From an uncultured Gammaproteobacteria bacterium (GTDB taxonomy: Bacteria; Patescibacteriota; Microgenomatia; Levybacterales; GWA1-39-11): a stretch of 64,000 nucleotides of DNA. Positions 31,512 to 41,750 of this stretch are shown here, one piece after another. A program made the translations under genes and the position numbers. Location: positions 554,729-618,728 of the forward strand of contig CAYVKP010000001.1 in NCBI GenBank assembly GCA_964452165.1. The letters run 5' to 3'. The first letter of the stretch is position 1; each line of letters starts with the position of its first letter. Below the pieces are notes generated by a model. That model was not told the DNA's origin and made no database searches. It saw nothing but the letters and a program-made list of their open reading frames with translations.

Positions 31512-31998
31512 GTTTGCTTATGTTTCTCTGTATAATTCTTTCCTTCTCCTGTTTTGTAAACATCTCAGAAAGAATTTTATCAAGCATTCTCTTTGAGATT
31601 TCAAGAGCGGCATCGGCAGCTTCGGCTTTTGCTCGGTCAAGTGCATCTGCGGCGGTTGCCTTCCCTTCCTCAATTATCCTGTCGGCTTCTCTCTTTGCGA
31701 TTCCTGCCGCATCGGCTCTAATTTTGTCTGCTGCAGTTTTAGTTTCATCTATGATCTTTTCAGCTTCTAGGGTTGCCTTTTTTATAATCTCGTCTTTTTT
31801 TTCCTCGGCAGAAAGTAGCGCTTGATGAGCACTTTCAGCTTCTTCAAGTCCTTGAGATATTTTGTGCGCACGATCTTTTAAAGTCTTAAGTATCGGCTTG
31901 TACAAAAACTTTTTAAATACAAAAGCCAATATTAAGAAGTTTACAATCTGAGCGACAAACAATGCCGGTTCAAATCCGAAATCTTTAAATAGTTGCAT
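31495..31998 (-). CDS. atpF: ATP synthase Fo subunit b
   Basis: A single N-terminal TM helix followed by a long charged coiled coil. Confidence 0.7.
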   Translation of the reverse strand: MQLFKDFGFEPALFVAQIVNFLILAFVFKKFLYKPILKTLKDRAHKISQGLEEAESAHQALLSAEEKKDEIIKKATLEAEKIIDETKTAADKIRADAAGIAKREADRIIEEGKATAADALDRAKAEAADAALEISKRMLDKILSEMFTKQEKERIIQRNISKLEKYE

Positions 31999-32013
31999 AT
32001 TTAAACAAGATTA

Positions 32014-32235
<222 letters not shown>

Positions 32236-32324
32236 TTACTTTTTTCCCGAAAAGCATAGCTTTTGGGGGCCCCGTTTTTAAAAAAAAGAGGTTCATATTT
32301 AAATAATCTGGTAATTTTCATAAA

Positions 32325-33068
32325 TTAGTGTGCCTCTTCAGTATGAGGCGAAATCATAATTGTCATAAAAACCATTGTTAACATAGAAAAAACTAGCGCT
32401 TGAACAAGCGCAACGATTGATTCGAGAAGCAAAAAGGGAATGGGCGCGACAAATGCAAAGAGAGAAGAGATCGTTGACAATACTACTTCTCCCGCATAAA
32501 TATTACCAAAAAGTCTGAAAGAAAGCGAGATCATTTTTGTAACTTCAGAGACGAGCTCAAGTAGACCCACAAATAAAAGTATTGGATTAAGAGAGAAGAA
32601 TCTCCTTAGGTATCCTCCAAGTCCGTTGTATTTTATGCTCAGGACGTGTGTTGCCACAACGGAAATTACTGCGAGAGCCAAAGTGGTATTGAAATCACTG
32701 GTTGCAGCGCGAAGTAGCGGAATAAACACGGTTTTTCCCTCCTCTGCTCGGAAAAAACCAACTGATCCAAAGCCGGGTAGAAGACCAATTATATTTATGA
32801 AGAAAATAAAAAGAAAAAAACTGGCAAACCAAGGATAAATAGTGCTGGTGAATTTTCCGGCGATTTGTTCTGTCGTATCGTGAAAATATGAAACGGCGGT
32901 TTCGGCAATTGACTGAAGATATCCGGGGACTTTTGAGATTCTGCTCCTGATTAGAAAAACGAAGGAGACGAGAATCAGGTCTACTAAAATAGTAGCGATA
33001 ATTGTATTAGTGAACTTGAAATTTAAGGCACTAAAAATAACTTCAGGTGCGAGTGACACTTGGCCCAT
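32325..33068 (-). CDS. atpB: ATP synthase Fo subunit a
   Basis: Polytopic protein with the conserved LSFRLFGNIYAGE region containing the essential Arg. Confidence 0.8.
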   Translation of the reverse strand: MGQVSLAPEVIFSALNFKFTNTIIATILVDLILVSFVFLIRSRISKVPGYLQSIAETAVSYFHDTTEQIAGKFTSTIYPWFASFFLFIFFINIIGLLPGFGSVGFFRAEEGKTVFIPLLRAATSDFNTTLALAVISVVATHVLSIKYNGLGGYLRRFFSLNPILLFVGLLELVSEVTKMISLSFRLFGNIYAGEVVLSTISSLFAFVAPIPFLLLESIVALVQALVFSMLTMVFMTIMISPHTEEAH

Positions 33069-33079
33069 AGGCGATACAT

Positions 33080-33108
33080 ATTATATGGAATAAGAAAAAC
33101 AGAGTCAA
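33080..33108 (-). promoter_or_regulatory. Sigma70-like promoter of the atp operon (TTGACT-17-TATAAT) located between dnaE and atpB
   Basis: Minus strand: TTGACT at 33108-33103, a 17-nt spacer, then TATAAT at 33085-33080. The atpB ATG follows 11 nt later with no SD. Confidence 0.45.
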
Positions 33109-33117
33109 TGGGATTTA

Positions 33118-36100
33118 TTAATTCTGAAAGCGGTCAATCGAGTCAACTATTATTACAGGTTGTTCATCTTTAAAGTTGAGTTTGCCCTCAATAATAACAA
33201 CACTATCTTTTATGAGTTGGTGTTTGTTCGCGTCAAAAGTCTTTGGAAACACAACGCATTCAATCGTATAGCCAATTTGGTCTTCAAGCGTTACAAATGC
33301 CATTTCAGCGTTGCTTTTGCGTGTAAGAATCTTTTTAATCGTGGAGAGAATTCCACCAACTTTAATCCTCGTGCCTTCTTTTTCCTCAGCAAGAGATGCG
33401 ATCGCATGGGAAGTTTTCGCAGTAAGAGCAGCCAGATTTTGATTTAATGGGTGATTTGTGAGAAAAAAACCGAGTAGCTCACGCTCAAATACAAGTTTTT
33501 CTTTTTCTGAGAATTCTTCAATTGTGTCGTCAACCTTTATTTCATAGTGGGTTTTTGCCGGCTGCTCTGTGTCATCAAAAAGTCCAAACTGGTTTTTGTC
33601 ACGGTTTTTTACTTCTTTTGAAATTTTGTCCATGATGTCAGGATAGATAGCAAGAAGGGCCGCGCGTTTTCCGAATTCGTCCATGGCTCCTGCCTTAACA
33701 AGACTTTCAACAGTTTTTTTATTTACCTTAGATAAATCCACTCTTGAACAAAATTCAGAAAGGCTTTTGAATGGTCCATCATTTCTTGCGTCTAAAATAG
33801 TAGTGATTGCGGCTCCTCCAACATTTTTGATTGCTGATAACCCAAACCTGACCTTAATCTTATTTTCTATACTAAAATCGGAAATAGAATAGTTGACAGA
33901 TGGAGGTAGAATAGTGACACTCAGTCTCTTGCATTCGGCAATTGCTTGAGCGATTTTTTCATTCCTTGCAGGACCGCTTGATCCGCGAGATTCAGCCGTG
34001 AGAAGCGCCGTCATAAACTCAACAGGGTAGTGTGCCTTAAGATATGCTGTTCTGAATGCAATTGTAGCGTAACATGCAGCATGAGCCTTGTTGAAACCGT
34101 ACCCGGCAAACGGTGCGATTAAATTAAAAAAGTCTCGTGCTTTTTTCTCAGTCAACCCGTGTTCCAGGCATCCTTTTACAAATAAGTCCTCCTGTTTTTT
34201 CATCTCCGCTGGAATTTTTTTACCTACGGCTTTTCTAAGCTTGTCAGCGTCAAGCCACGAATAACCAGCCAAAGTAATAGCGCTCAGGAGTACATCGTCT
34301 TGATAAGTTAAAACCCCATAGGATTGTTGAAGAATTTCCTTGAGTCTTGGATCAGGGTAATCAATTCTGGACGGATCATGTTTTCTTGAGATGAATTCAG
34401 GAATATTGGCCATTGGACCAGGGCGGTAAAGAGCAACCATTGCTTGAAGATCAAAAATCGATGTGGGACGAAGCTCTTTAATATATCGGCGCATACCGGC
34501 AGACTCGAGCTGGAAAATTCCAGTAGTCTCTCCGCTTGATAGAAGGTCATAGGTTTTTTTGTCGTCAACGGGTAGAGTAGAGAGGTCCACTTCTATGTTC
34601 TGATTTTCCTTAATAAATCTTAAGCTTTCCTCAATGATTGTTAAGTTGCGAAGTCCCAGGAAATCCATTTTGAGAAGTCCGACTCCATCTTCACCAACAG
34701 TATACATATCGTATTGGGTTATAACCTTGTCTCCGTTTGTTTCCTTTTGAAGCGGGGCATATTCGGTTAGGGGTTTATCGGCAATGACAACACCGGCGGC
34801 ATGGACTGAGGCGTGTCTTGCAACGCTTTCAAGCTTCCTGGCAACATCTAATAATCTCTTTGTCTCGGGTTCTGTTCTGTATGCAACCGATAAGTCCGGG
34901 GACTGAGTAAGCGCATTATCAATTGTCATCGCATGTCCTTGCCAACCCGGCGGAATCATCTTTGCGATTCTGTCCGGCGCCGCATATGGCATTCCTAAAG
35001 CCCGACCCGCATCTCTTACCGCTGCTCTGGCCTCCATAGTTCCAAAAGTTATAATTTGCGCAACCTTATCATCTCCGTATTTGCTCGTTACATATTCAAT
35101 AACCTCATCTCGTCTAATATCCGCAAAGTCCAAGTCAATATCCGGAGCGGAGGGTCTGTAAGGATTGAGAAAACGCTCGAAGGGTAATTTAAAGAAGAAG
35201 GGATCAACGTCAGTAATCCTGAGTGCGTATGAGACTACGGAGCCGGCGGCAGATCCTCTGCCTGGGCCGACTGAGATTCTATTATTTTTCGCCCAATTCA
35301 CAAAATCCGCGACAATTAGGAAATATGCTTCGTAACCTTTTTTTGTGATGATAGACAGCTCGTATTCTGCCCGTTCTTTTCTTTCAGGAGTTATTTCTCC
35401 ATATCTCTCCTCAAGCCCCAGCATTACCTGCTCACTTAAAAATTCCGCAGCGGTCTTGCCCTCCGGGACTTTGAAAACCGGCATGATCCATTGTCCTAGC
35501 TGTATTTCAAGTTCACACTTGTCTGCAATTTTGACAGTATTTTCTATTGCTTGTGGTAGGTCAATAAACATAGCTCGCATCTCGTCAGGCGACTTTATAT
35601 AGAAATCAGGGGAGCTCAACATTGAGAGCTTTCGGTTTGGTGTGTCAATAGTTGTTTGTGTGCCAATGCAAAGCAAGATCTCTTGTGCTTCTGCATCATC
35701 TTTTTTAATGTAATGATTATCATTTGTAGCAACTATTGGTACGGCGTACTTTTTTGATAGAGCGATTAATTTTTCATTTAAAGTCTCTTGCTCGGGAATT
35801 TGAGGGTGACGCTGTAATTCCAAATAAAAATCCTCACCATAAATTTCAGAAAGCTTCTCGAGTCTTTTCTCGGATTCCGAGTTTTTGTTTTGAAGCAGCG
35901 GTTCGGATACGTATCCGTTAAGACAAGCAGACAGGCAAATTAAACCTTCACTATATTTTGAAAGGAGTTCTATGTCCGTTCTTGGTTTGTAATAAAAACC
36001 TTCAAGGTGAGAGACCGAAACTATTTTCATGAGGTTTTTGTAACCCTGCAAATTTTTAGCCAGTAGTATTAAGTGGTTATAGTCTTTATCCTCAACGGTT

Positions 36101-36333
36101 TTATCATGGCGAGATCCTGCGGTTATGTAAATCTCGCAACCTATGATCGGTTTTATTCCGGCATCTTTGCAGGCTTTGTAAAACCTTATCGCGCCGTAAA
36201 GAGCGCCATGATCTGTGATGGCAAGAGCGCTCATTCCTAAATCTTTTGCGCGTTCTACCATCAGATTAACGCGAGACAAGCCGTCTAAAAGGGAATACTC
36301 ACTGTGATTGTGAAGGTGAACAAAATCTGCCAT
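33118..36333 (-). CDS. dnaE: DNA polymerase III alpha subunit
   Basis: MADFVHLHNHSEYSLLDG is the PHP domain. The protein is 1071 aa and its polymerase core contains GLLKMDFLGL. Confidence 0.9.
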   Translation of the reverse strand: MADFVHLHNHSEYSLLDGLSRVNLMVERAKDLGMSALAITDHGALYGAIRFYKACKDAGIKPIIGCEIYITAGSRHDKTVEDKDYNHLILLAKNLQGYKNLMKIVSVSHLEGFYYKPRTDIELLSKYSEGLICLSACLNGYVSEPLLQNKNSESEKRLEKLSEIYGEDFYLELQRHPQIPEQETLNEKLIALSKKYAVPIVATNDNHYIKKDDAEAQEILLCIGTQTTIDTPNRKLSMLSSPDFYIKSPDEMRAMFIDLPQAIENTVKIADKCELEIQLGQWIMPVFKVPEGKTAAEFLSEQVMLGLEERYGEITPERKERAEYELSIITKKGYEAYFLIVADFVNWAKNNRISVGPGRGSAAGSVVSYALRITDVDPFFFKLPFERFLNPYRPSAPDIDLDFADIRRDEVIEYVTSKYGDDKVAQIITFGTMEARAAVRDAGRALGMPYAAPDRIAKMIPPGWQGHAMTIDNALTQSPDLSVAYRTEPETKRLLDVARKLESVARHASVHAAGVVIADKPLTEYAPLQKETNGDKVITQYDMYTVGEDGVGLLKMDFLGLRNLTIIEESLRFIKENQNIEVDLSTLPVDDKKTYDLLSSGETTGIFQLESAGMRRYIKELRPTSIFDLQAMVALYRPGPMANIPEFISRKHDPSRIDYPDPRLKEILQQSYGVLTYQDDVLLSAITLAGYSWLDADKLRKAVGKKIPAEMKKQEDLFVKGCLEHGLTEKKARDFFNLIAPFAGYGFNKAHAACYATIAFRTAYLKAHYPVEFMTALLTAESRGSSGPARNEKIAQAIAECKRLSVTILPPSVNYSISDFSIENKIKVRFGLSAIKNVGGAAITTILDARNDGPFKSLSEFCSRVDLSKVNKKTVESLVKAGAMDEFGKRAALLAIYPDIMDKISKEVKNRDKNQFGLFDDTEQPAKTHYEIKVDDTIEEFSEKEKLVFERELLGFFLTNHPLNQNLAALTAKTSHAIASLAEEKEGTRIKVGGILSTIKKILTRKSNAEMAFVTLEDQIGYTIECVVFPKTFDANKHQLIKDSVVIIEGKLNFKDEQPVIIVDSIDRFQN

Positions 36334-36341
36334 AAATTATT

Positions 36342-37124
36342 TCAACTTGCTTTTTGTGCCGGCCTCGCCGATGCTAGCTCCTTTATTTTTCTTATGTTGG
36401 CTAATTGTTTAGGTTGTAGATCCTCGAACAAAACAAGTTTCGGTTGACTTCCTTCCCCTTGTTTTGAGTTGTACTTAGATATGTATTGAGCTTTGTCAGC
36501 ATCGGAGTAAAGGTTGTCCAGTTTTTCTCCCGGGAAGGGCGCCCTAAGCAATGTTGCACCTGCTGATACTCTAATACCTTCACGTTCAAACTTTTTATTG
36601 ACTCTGTCCCAGAACACAACTGCTTCTTGTGGGGTCGTATCATCCAGCACAATCAATACTTCGTCTCCCCCAATTCTTCCAGCAATATCTACGCTTCTTA
36701 CTTCACTGTTTATAATATCTCCTACATTTCTCAGAAGCTTGTTTCCTGCCGCGTGCCCAAATTCGTCGTTAACGCCTTTTAAGCCATTCACATCACCCAG
36801 CAGGACTGTTTTCGGAACGCTGCTTCTTTCTGTTTGTTCTGCTGCAACTGCCAGTCTCCTGTGTGTTTCGTCGTTTGACAACAGTCCTGTGCGCTCGTCA
36901 ATTTGGGCTGTGTTCTCTGCTTTAGCTGCCATCTCTACGGCTATGCGATACTTGGTTCGTACGTCGTCTAGTTCCTCTTTTGTTTTTGCTAGTTCCTGAT
37001 GAGGTTTGGGGGTTTGGTTTTGTGCTCCTTGTTTAAACTTTTCTATTCTTGGTCCTTGCTTTGCTTTCCAATCCAAGATGTTTGTTATTGCCGCTTCTCT
37101 TGTGGGTTCTCCTCGAAGACTCAT
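36342..37124 (-). CDS. Minimal GGDEF-domain protein (putative diguanylate cyclase, variant GGDEV motif)
   Basis: DERTGLLSNDETHRRL, GDVNGLKGVNDEFGHAAGNKLL and RIGGDEVLIV are all present. It has an N-terminal coiled coil of about 75 aa and no sensor domain. Confidence 0.65.
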   Translation of the reverse strand: MSLRGEPTREAAITNILDWKAKQGPRIEKFKQGAQNQTPKPHQELAKTKEELDDVRTKYRIAVEMAAKAENTAQIDERTGLLSNDETHRRLAVAAEQTERSSVPKTVLLGDVNGLKGVNDEFGHAAGNKLLRNVGDIINSEVRSVDIAGRIGGDEVLIVLDDTTPQEAVVFWDRVNKKFEREGIRVSAGATLLRAPFPGEKLDNLYSDADKAQYISKYNSKQGEGSQPKLVLFEDLQPKQLANIRKIKELASARPAQKAS

Positions 37125-37133
37125 CACACTATT

Positions 37134-38477
37134 TTACTCTGATTTTAAGGCTTCTTCAATTGCAGTTTTGATATCTGCAGTCGAGGAATTTGGGGGTAGG
37201 AGAGCCCGCGTTTTACCTATTAGGAATCCCACAATTTGTATTTTTCCGCTCTTGTAGTCTTCAACCGCTTTTGGATTTTCTTCCAATACTTTCTCAATAG
37301 ATTTTGATAAGTCCTCGCTGCTTATATCAGCCGTTTTTTGAGTTGCCAAAATCAATTCCACAAGCTCTGCAGGGAGAGTTTTATCGAGATCTGGCTTTTT
37401 ATTAATTATATAGTTTGCAAGTTGTTTGGCTGTTACAGAATGGTTCAGCCCATCCTTTACGGCCTCTTCAAAGTAATCTGCCAGAACCCGTTCACGTGTC
37501 AATAGGTTCGCGTCATAGGCAGTTATTTTATGTTCCTGTTCGAACCTTATTCTTTTTGCGTCCGGCAATTCTGGAATCTGTGACCTGATTGCGTTGATCT
37601 GTTCTTCGCTTGTAATAATTGGTGGAATATCGGGTTCTGGAAAATATCTGTAATCGTTTGCTTCCTCTTTTGAGCGTTGTGAAACCGTCGTATTTTTCGT
37701 TTCATTCCAGCCGCGAGTCTCCTGCGCCGGAGTTTTTTTCTCATCTAGAATTTCGGCCTGCCTTGCGAGCTCCACCTCAATTGCTTTGGCGACAAACTTA
37801 AAGCTATTAATATTTTTTACTTCAACTTTATATTTTGGCAGATCTGTCGCGTCTTCTGCCCGTAGTGAAATGTTAGGCTCAAGTCTCATCTCGCCTTTCT
37901 CCATGTCCGCATTTGAAACGTCAAGATAGCGGACAATTTGCTGTAGTTTTTGCAAGTACTGAGTGACTTGATAAGCGTTTTCAAAATCTGGTTCCGTTAC
38001 TATTTCAACAAGTGGAACACCCGAACGATTAAAGTCGATTAATGAAGCTTTTTCGCCGTTAACAACCGAATGGGCAAGTTTTCCAGTGTCCTCTTCCATG
38101 TGAACGCGGCGAATTCTGATCTTTTTCTTTTTGTCGGAGCCTTCCTGTTCAAAAACTTCCATTTCCCCTTCAAGTCCAAACGGCTCATCATATTGGGAGA
38201 TCTGGTAGCCTTTAGCAAGGTCAGGATAGAAATAGTTTTTCCTGTCGAACTTTGAATTATTTAAAATTCGGCAACCCAAGGCAGAGGCAATCATTATGCA
38301 CCACTCAATCGCTTTTTTATTTGGGACGGGAAGTGCTCCCGGAAGTCCTAGACAAACGGGACAAGTGTGAGTGTTTGGTTTTTCACCAAAGTATTTTGCA
38401 GAACATGAGCAAAACATTTTGCTTTCTGTTTTAAGCTCTACGTGGACTTCAAGTCCGATTACTGCTTGGTATTTCAT
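37134..38477 (-). CDS. gatB: Asp/Glu-tRNA amidotransferase subunit B
   Basis: MKYQAVIGLEVHVELKTESKMFCSCS is the canonical GatB N-terminus. Confidence 0.9.
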   Translation of the reverse strand: MKYQAVIGLEVHVELKTESKMFCSCSAKYFGEKPNTHTCPVCLGLPGALPVPNKKAIEWCIMIASALGCRILNNSKFDRKNYFYPDLAKGYQISQYDEPFGLEGEMEVFEQEGSDKKKKIRIRRVHMEEDTGKLAHSVVNGEKASLIDFNRSGVPLVEIVTEPDFENAYQVTQYLQKLQQIVRYLDVSNADMEKGEMRLEPNISLRAEDATDLPKYKVEVKNINSFKFVAKAIEVELARQAEILDEKKTPAQETRGWNETKNTTVSQRSKEEANDYRYFPEPDIPPIITSEEQINAIRSQIPELPDAKRIRFEQEHKITAYDANLLTRERVLADYFEEAVKDGLNHSVTAKQLANYIINKKPDLDKTLPAELVELILATQKTADISSEDLSKSIEKVLEENPKAVEDYKSGKIQIVGFLIGKTRALLPPNSSTADIKTAIEEALKSE

Positions 38478-39892
38478 AAGCTGGGCCTTTCTTTGTAGAT
38501 CTGAACTTCTTGCTCGTACTTATGCGCAATATTTAGAATCAAACTTTCAGAGAACTGCGGGCCCATTATTTGCATTCCAATAGGAAGACCCTTGTCAGAA
38601 AAACCAACAGGTACGTTTATTCCCGGAAGTCCTGCAATTGATGATGGCTCAACTAGGGCGTCTGCCATCTCGCCGTACATTGGATTATCTACTGATGCGC
38701 CAACGGGTAGGGCGGTCCAGGGATTTGTAGGAGCGATCAACGCATCCACTTGCTCAAAGGCATTGTTAAAATCGTTTACTATCAGTGTTCTTACTTTCTG
38801 AGCTTTTTTGTAATACTGATCGTAGTATCCTGCAGAAAGAGCATAAGTCCCAAGCATTATTCTCCTTTTTGCCTCATCTGCAAAATATGACCTGTCGTTA
38901 CCAAAGCGAATCCCATCGTATCTTGCTAGGTTGGATGAGACTTCTGATCTTTGCAGAATAGTATAGACTGCAATTGATAAGTCGGGTTTGAAAAGTTTAA
39001 CCTTTTTGATTTTTGCTCCTAAGCCTTCTACAGCTTTGATGGCTGCCTCAACTCGGGTTCGTACTATCGGCATGACCCCTTCAAGATATTCGTCGGAAAT
39101 TCCAATTGTAAGACCCTTAATATCTTTATTTAAATTCGCCGTATATTTCTCGGCGGATCTTGGGGAAGTAGTTGCATCGTGAATATCGGCTCCCGCCAAT
39201 ATTTCAAGAATCAAAGCTGCGTCTTCAACTCTTTTTGTGATTGGACCGGGGCTGTCAAGCGAGGAAGCCATCGCGATCACTCCGTATCTTGAAACCCGTC
39301 CGTATGTTGGCTTAAGACCAACAACTCCACACCAATCAGATGGTTGGCGAATAGATCCTGCGGTTTCAGAGCCAATCGCAGCAATCGCTTCATCTGCGGC
39401 AACGCTTGCCGCAGCTCCCCCCGAAGATCCGCCCGGCAAATGCTCTGTATTCCAAGGATTTCTTGTGGTCCCGTAATCTGAAGTTTCGGTTGAAGATCCA
39501 TGTGCCCAAGCGTCAAGATTGGTTTTCCCAACCATTACCATTCCGGCGTTTTTAAGTTTCTCAACGACTGTCGCATCGTAAGGCGGAATATAATCGTCCA
39601 AAACTTTACTTGAAGCGGTAGTTTTGACTCCAATTGTTGAAAAGTTATCTTTAATGGAAAGTGGAACTCCGAGAAGTGGTAGATCGTTTCCGTCTGTCAT
39701 CATTTTGTCTGCTTCTTTTGCTTGCTCCAAAGCTTCTTTTTCTGTGACTGTTACATACGCTTTTACTTTTGGTTCAACCGCCTTGATTCTATCAAGCACC
39801 GCCTGTGTTAGTTCAACCGATGAGAAATTTTTGGCTTTTAAACCTTCCCGTGCTTCGCCGATTGATAGTTTACTGAGGTCACTCATTATCAA
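38474..39892 (-). CDS. gatA: Asp/Glu-tRNA amidotransferase subunit A (amidase signature)
   Basis: GGSSGGAAASVAADEAIAAIGSETAGSIRQPS is the amidase signature. Confidence 0.9.
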   Translation of the reverse strand: MIMSDLSKLSIGEAREGLKAKNFSSVELTQAVLDRIKAVEPKVKAYVTVTEKEALEQAKEADKMMTDGNDLPLLGVPLSIKDNFSTIGVKTTASSKVLDDYIPPYDATVVEKLKNAGMVMVGKTNLDAWAHGSSTETSDYGTTRNPWNTEHLPGGSSGGAAASVAADEAIAAIGSETAGSIRQPSDWCGVVGLKPTYGRVSRYGVIAMASSLDSPGPITKRVEDAALILEILAGADIHDATTSPRSAEKYTANLNKDIKGLTIGISDEYLEGVMPIVRTRVEAAIKAVEGLGAKIKKVKLFKPDLSIAVYTILQRSEVSSNLARYDGIRFGNDRSYFADEAKRRIMLGTYALSAGYYDQYYKKAQKVRTLIVNDFNNAFEQVDALIAPTNPWTALPVGASVDNPMYGEMADALVEPSSIAGLPGINVPVGFSDKGLPIGMQIMGPQFSESLILNIAHKYEQEVQIYKERPSL

Positions 39893-40163
39893 GAATTGCT
39901 TTTACCTTAAAAAATCCATTGTGTTGCGATTTTGTATTTGATAAGGCTGCTTCCTGGGGTAGGGAAGGCGCGGCTTTATCTTGGCGGGTTACATTCTCAA
40001 GACCCGTAACTTGAGATGTCGGCTCAATTCCCTCTGTGTTAATTTTCTCAAGGCTGTCAACGTATTCAATTGTTTGCTGAAGTTGTGTTGCAAACTTTTC
40101 TTCCTCCTCTTTAGTCAAGGGTAAGTTCGCGAGTTTAGCAATATGTTTAACATCAATTTTCAT
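39879..40163 (-). CDS. gatC: Asp/Glu-tRNA amidotransferase subunit C
   Basis: MKIDVKHIAKLANLPLTKEEEEKF. The ATG at 40163 is preferred over the upstream TTG at 40190. Confidence 0.8.
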   Translation of the reverse strand: MKIDVKHIAKLANLPLTKEEEEKFATQLQQTIEYVDSLEKINTEGIEPTSQVTGLENVTRQDKAAPSLPQEAALSNTKSQHNGFFKVKAILDNE

Positions 40164-40191
40164 AAGAGTATTATATGATAAAATAGACAAA

Positions 40192-40446
40192 ATGCAGAAC
40201 AGTAAAATTCATGTGATTTTGACCGGCGGAAGAATAGATTCGGTTTGGGACGGACAAGTTGATGAGATAGTTATTAGCCGGGAATCCGTAATTCCTTCTT
40301 TTTTCAAATCCATTTCTCTCAATCTCGATTTTGAATTTACCACAATTTGTATGAAGGATAGCCGTGCGTTGACTCCTGAGGATCGCGAGAAAATTAGACA
40401 AACAATTGATGATAGCCAAACCTCAAGAATCCTCATAACTCATTGA
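40192..40446 (+). pseudogene. Asparaginase N-terminal-domain-like fragment (84 aa), possible relic of an asparaginase/GatD-like gene
   Basis: HVILTGGRIDS resembles the TGGTIAG nucleophile loop. The ORF ends ...RILITH*, where asparaginases continue ITHGTDT, so it is truncated within the HGTDT motif. Confidence 0.3.
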
Positions 40447-40499
40447 GGGAAAAATCTACTAAGGAATACAGTGTATTACGTGGGGCCACTTGCGACAAA

Positions 40500-40979
40500 C
40501 TATTTGATGGGACTAGCTACGGTTATAAGCGTTGATGGTGAGATTAATTTATTCTGTCCCACCATATTTCTTGCGAGTTCAGCAACCGACTGAGCAGTAT
40601 TTCTGAAATTACTTCTATTTTGAACATCCATCCTATCAGCAGCTAAGCTAATATCTTGTTTTGAGAATCGTACTCCTCCTATTTTGGTATCAACACCATG
40701 AATTACTATGCTATCGAGTCCTTCAGGCGTAAAATGTGCGGCCATAAGAGGCTGTTTTCCTTGGTAACAAGTAAGTCTTATGGGGTTTTCGTTCGGATTG
40801 GCCTTTTTATTTTCATGAGTTTCAAGCTGTCCTTCACCAGGGAGCACTTTTCTTCTTGTTATGCCAAATGCATCATCTTTAATCAAGTCCCATTCCTGTG
40901 ACGTCTTCTTGAGTTCTTGATAACCTAGTTGGCCGGGGGTTAAGGGAATTTCATTTGTTGCTGCTGTTTCATCAACCAT
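40500..40979 (-). CDS. Hypothetical protein co-transcribed downstream of gatD/murT
   Basis: Co-oriented with a 12-nt gap after GatD. It has no recognisable domain. Confidence 0.4.
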   Translation of the reverse strand: MVDETAATNEIPLTPGQLGYQELKKTSQEWDLIKDDAFGITRRKVLPGEGQLETHENKKANPNENPIRLTCYQGKQPLMAAHFTPEGLDSIVIHGVDTKIGGVRFSKQDISLAADRMDVQNRSNFRNTAQSVAELARNMVGQNKLISPSTLITVASPIK

Positions 40980-40991
40980 ACCACAATAATA

Positions 40992-41750
40992 TCATATCCT
41001 ACCAAGCTTATTCAGAATTACTTCTCTCGCTTTGGTTTCGATAGAGTCGTCTAAGGGTTCCAAGCGGAATTTTTCTCCATATTTTTGTTCAAGGGCTTTT
41101 GTTAGCAGTAGATCGGCAAGCTGCGGATTTTTAGGTAAGATTGGACCATGCAAATATGTTCCGAAAGCATTTTTGTAGACAATCCCTTCACTTTCATCTT
41201 TTCCGTTATTCCCAAACCCCTTGGTAACATTCCCAAGTCTCTGATTCCTGTAGTCAAGATAAGTTCTTCCGCCGTGATTTTCAAAACCAACAAGCGGTTC
41301 GGTTAGACCGTCAATTTTTGGTTCAACCAAAACATTTCCAGTTAGTCTTTCGTGGCGTTCGCCGGGATTTTCGGTAAAGAGAGGGAAGATTCCAAGACCC
41401 GGCAGCTGTTTGTTATCGGCAGTTTTGTAGTATCTTCCCAAGAATTGGTAAGCGCCACAGATAAAAAGTCCCGGAACGTTTTGTTCGATCTTGTCCATCA
41501 GCACCTTACCCTTTTTGCCTTGCAAGTCTCGGTTTACTATCTCTTGTTGAGTGTCCTGGGCTCCACCCATAAACATCAGATCTGATTGTTCGAGAGGTTT
41601 TTCCGAAGATTCAACAAAAATCTGTTCTACCTTGACTGAAATTCCTCGCCACTGCGCACGTTTTGTTAACACGATAATGTTTCCTCGGTCCCCGTATGTA
41701 TTCATCAGGTCCGGATATAGCCAGCCAATTGTGAGCGTTAATTTTTTCAT
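40992..41750 (-). CDS. gatD: Lipid II isoglutaminyl synthase glutaminase subunit GatD (CobQ-type GATase)
   Basis: MKKLTLTIGWLYPDLMNTYGDRGNIIVL is a GatD/CobQ-like GATase1 N-terminus with a Cys in FICGAYQFLG. It is adjacent to MurT. Confidence 0.75.
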   Translation of the reverse strand: MKKLTLTIGWLYPDLMNTYGDRGNIIVLTKRAQWRGISVKVEQIFVESSEKPLEQSDLMFMGGAQDTQQEIVNRDLQGKKGKVLMDKIEQNVPGLFICGAYQFLGRYYKTADNKQLPGLGIFPLFTENPGERHERLTGNVLVEPKIDGLTEPLVGFENHGGRTYLDYRNQRLGNVTKGFGNNGKDESEGIVYKNAFGTYLHGPILPKNPQLADLLLTKALEQKYGEKFRLEPLDDSIETKAREVILNKLGRI

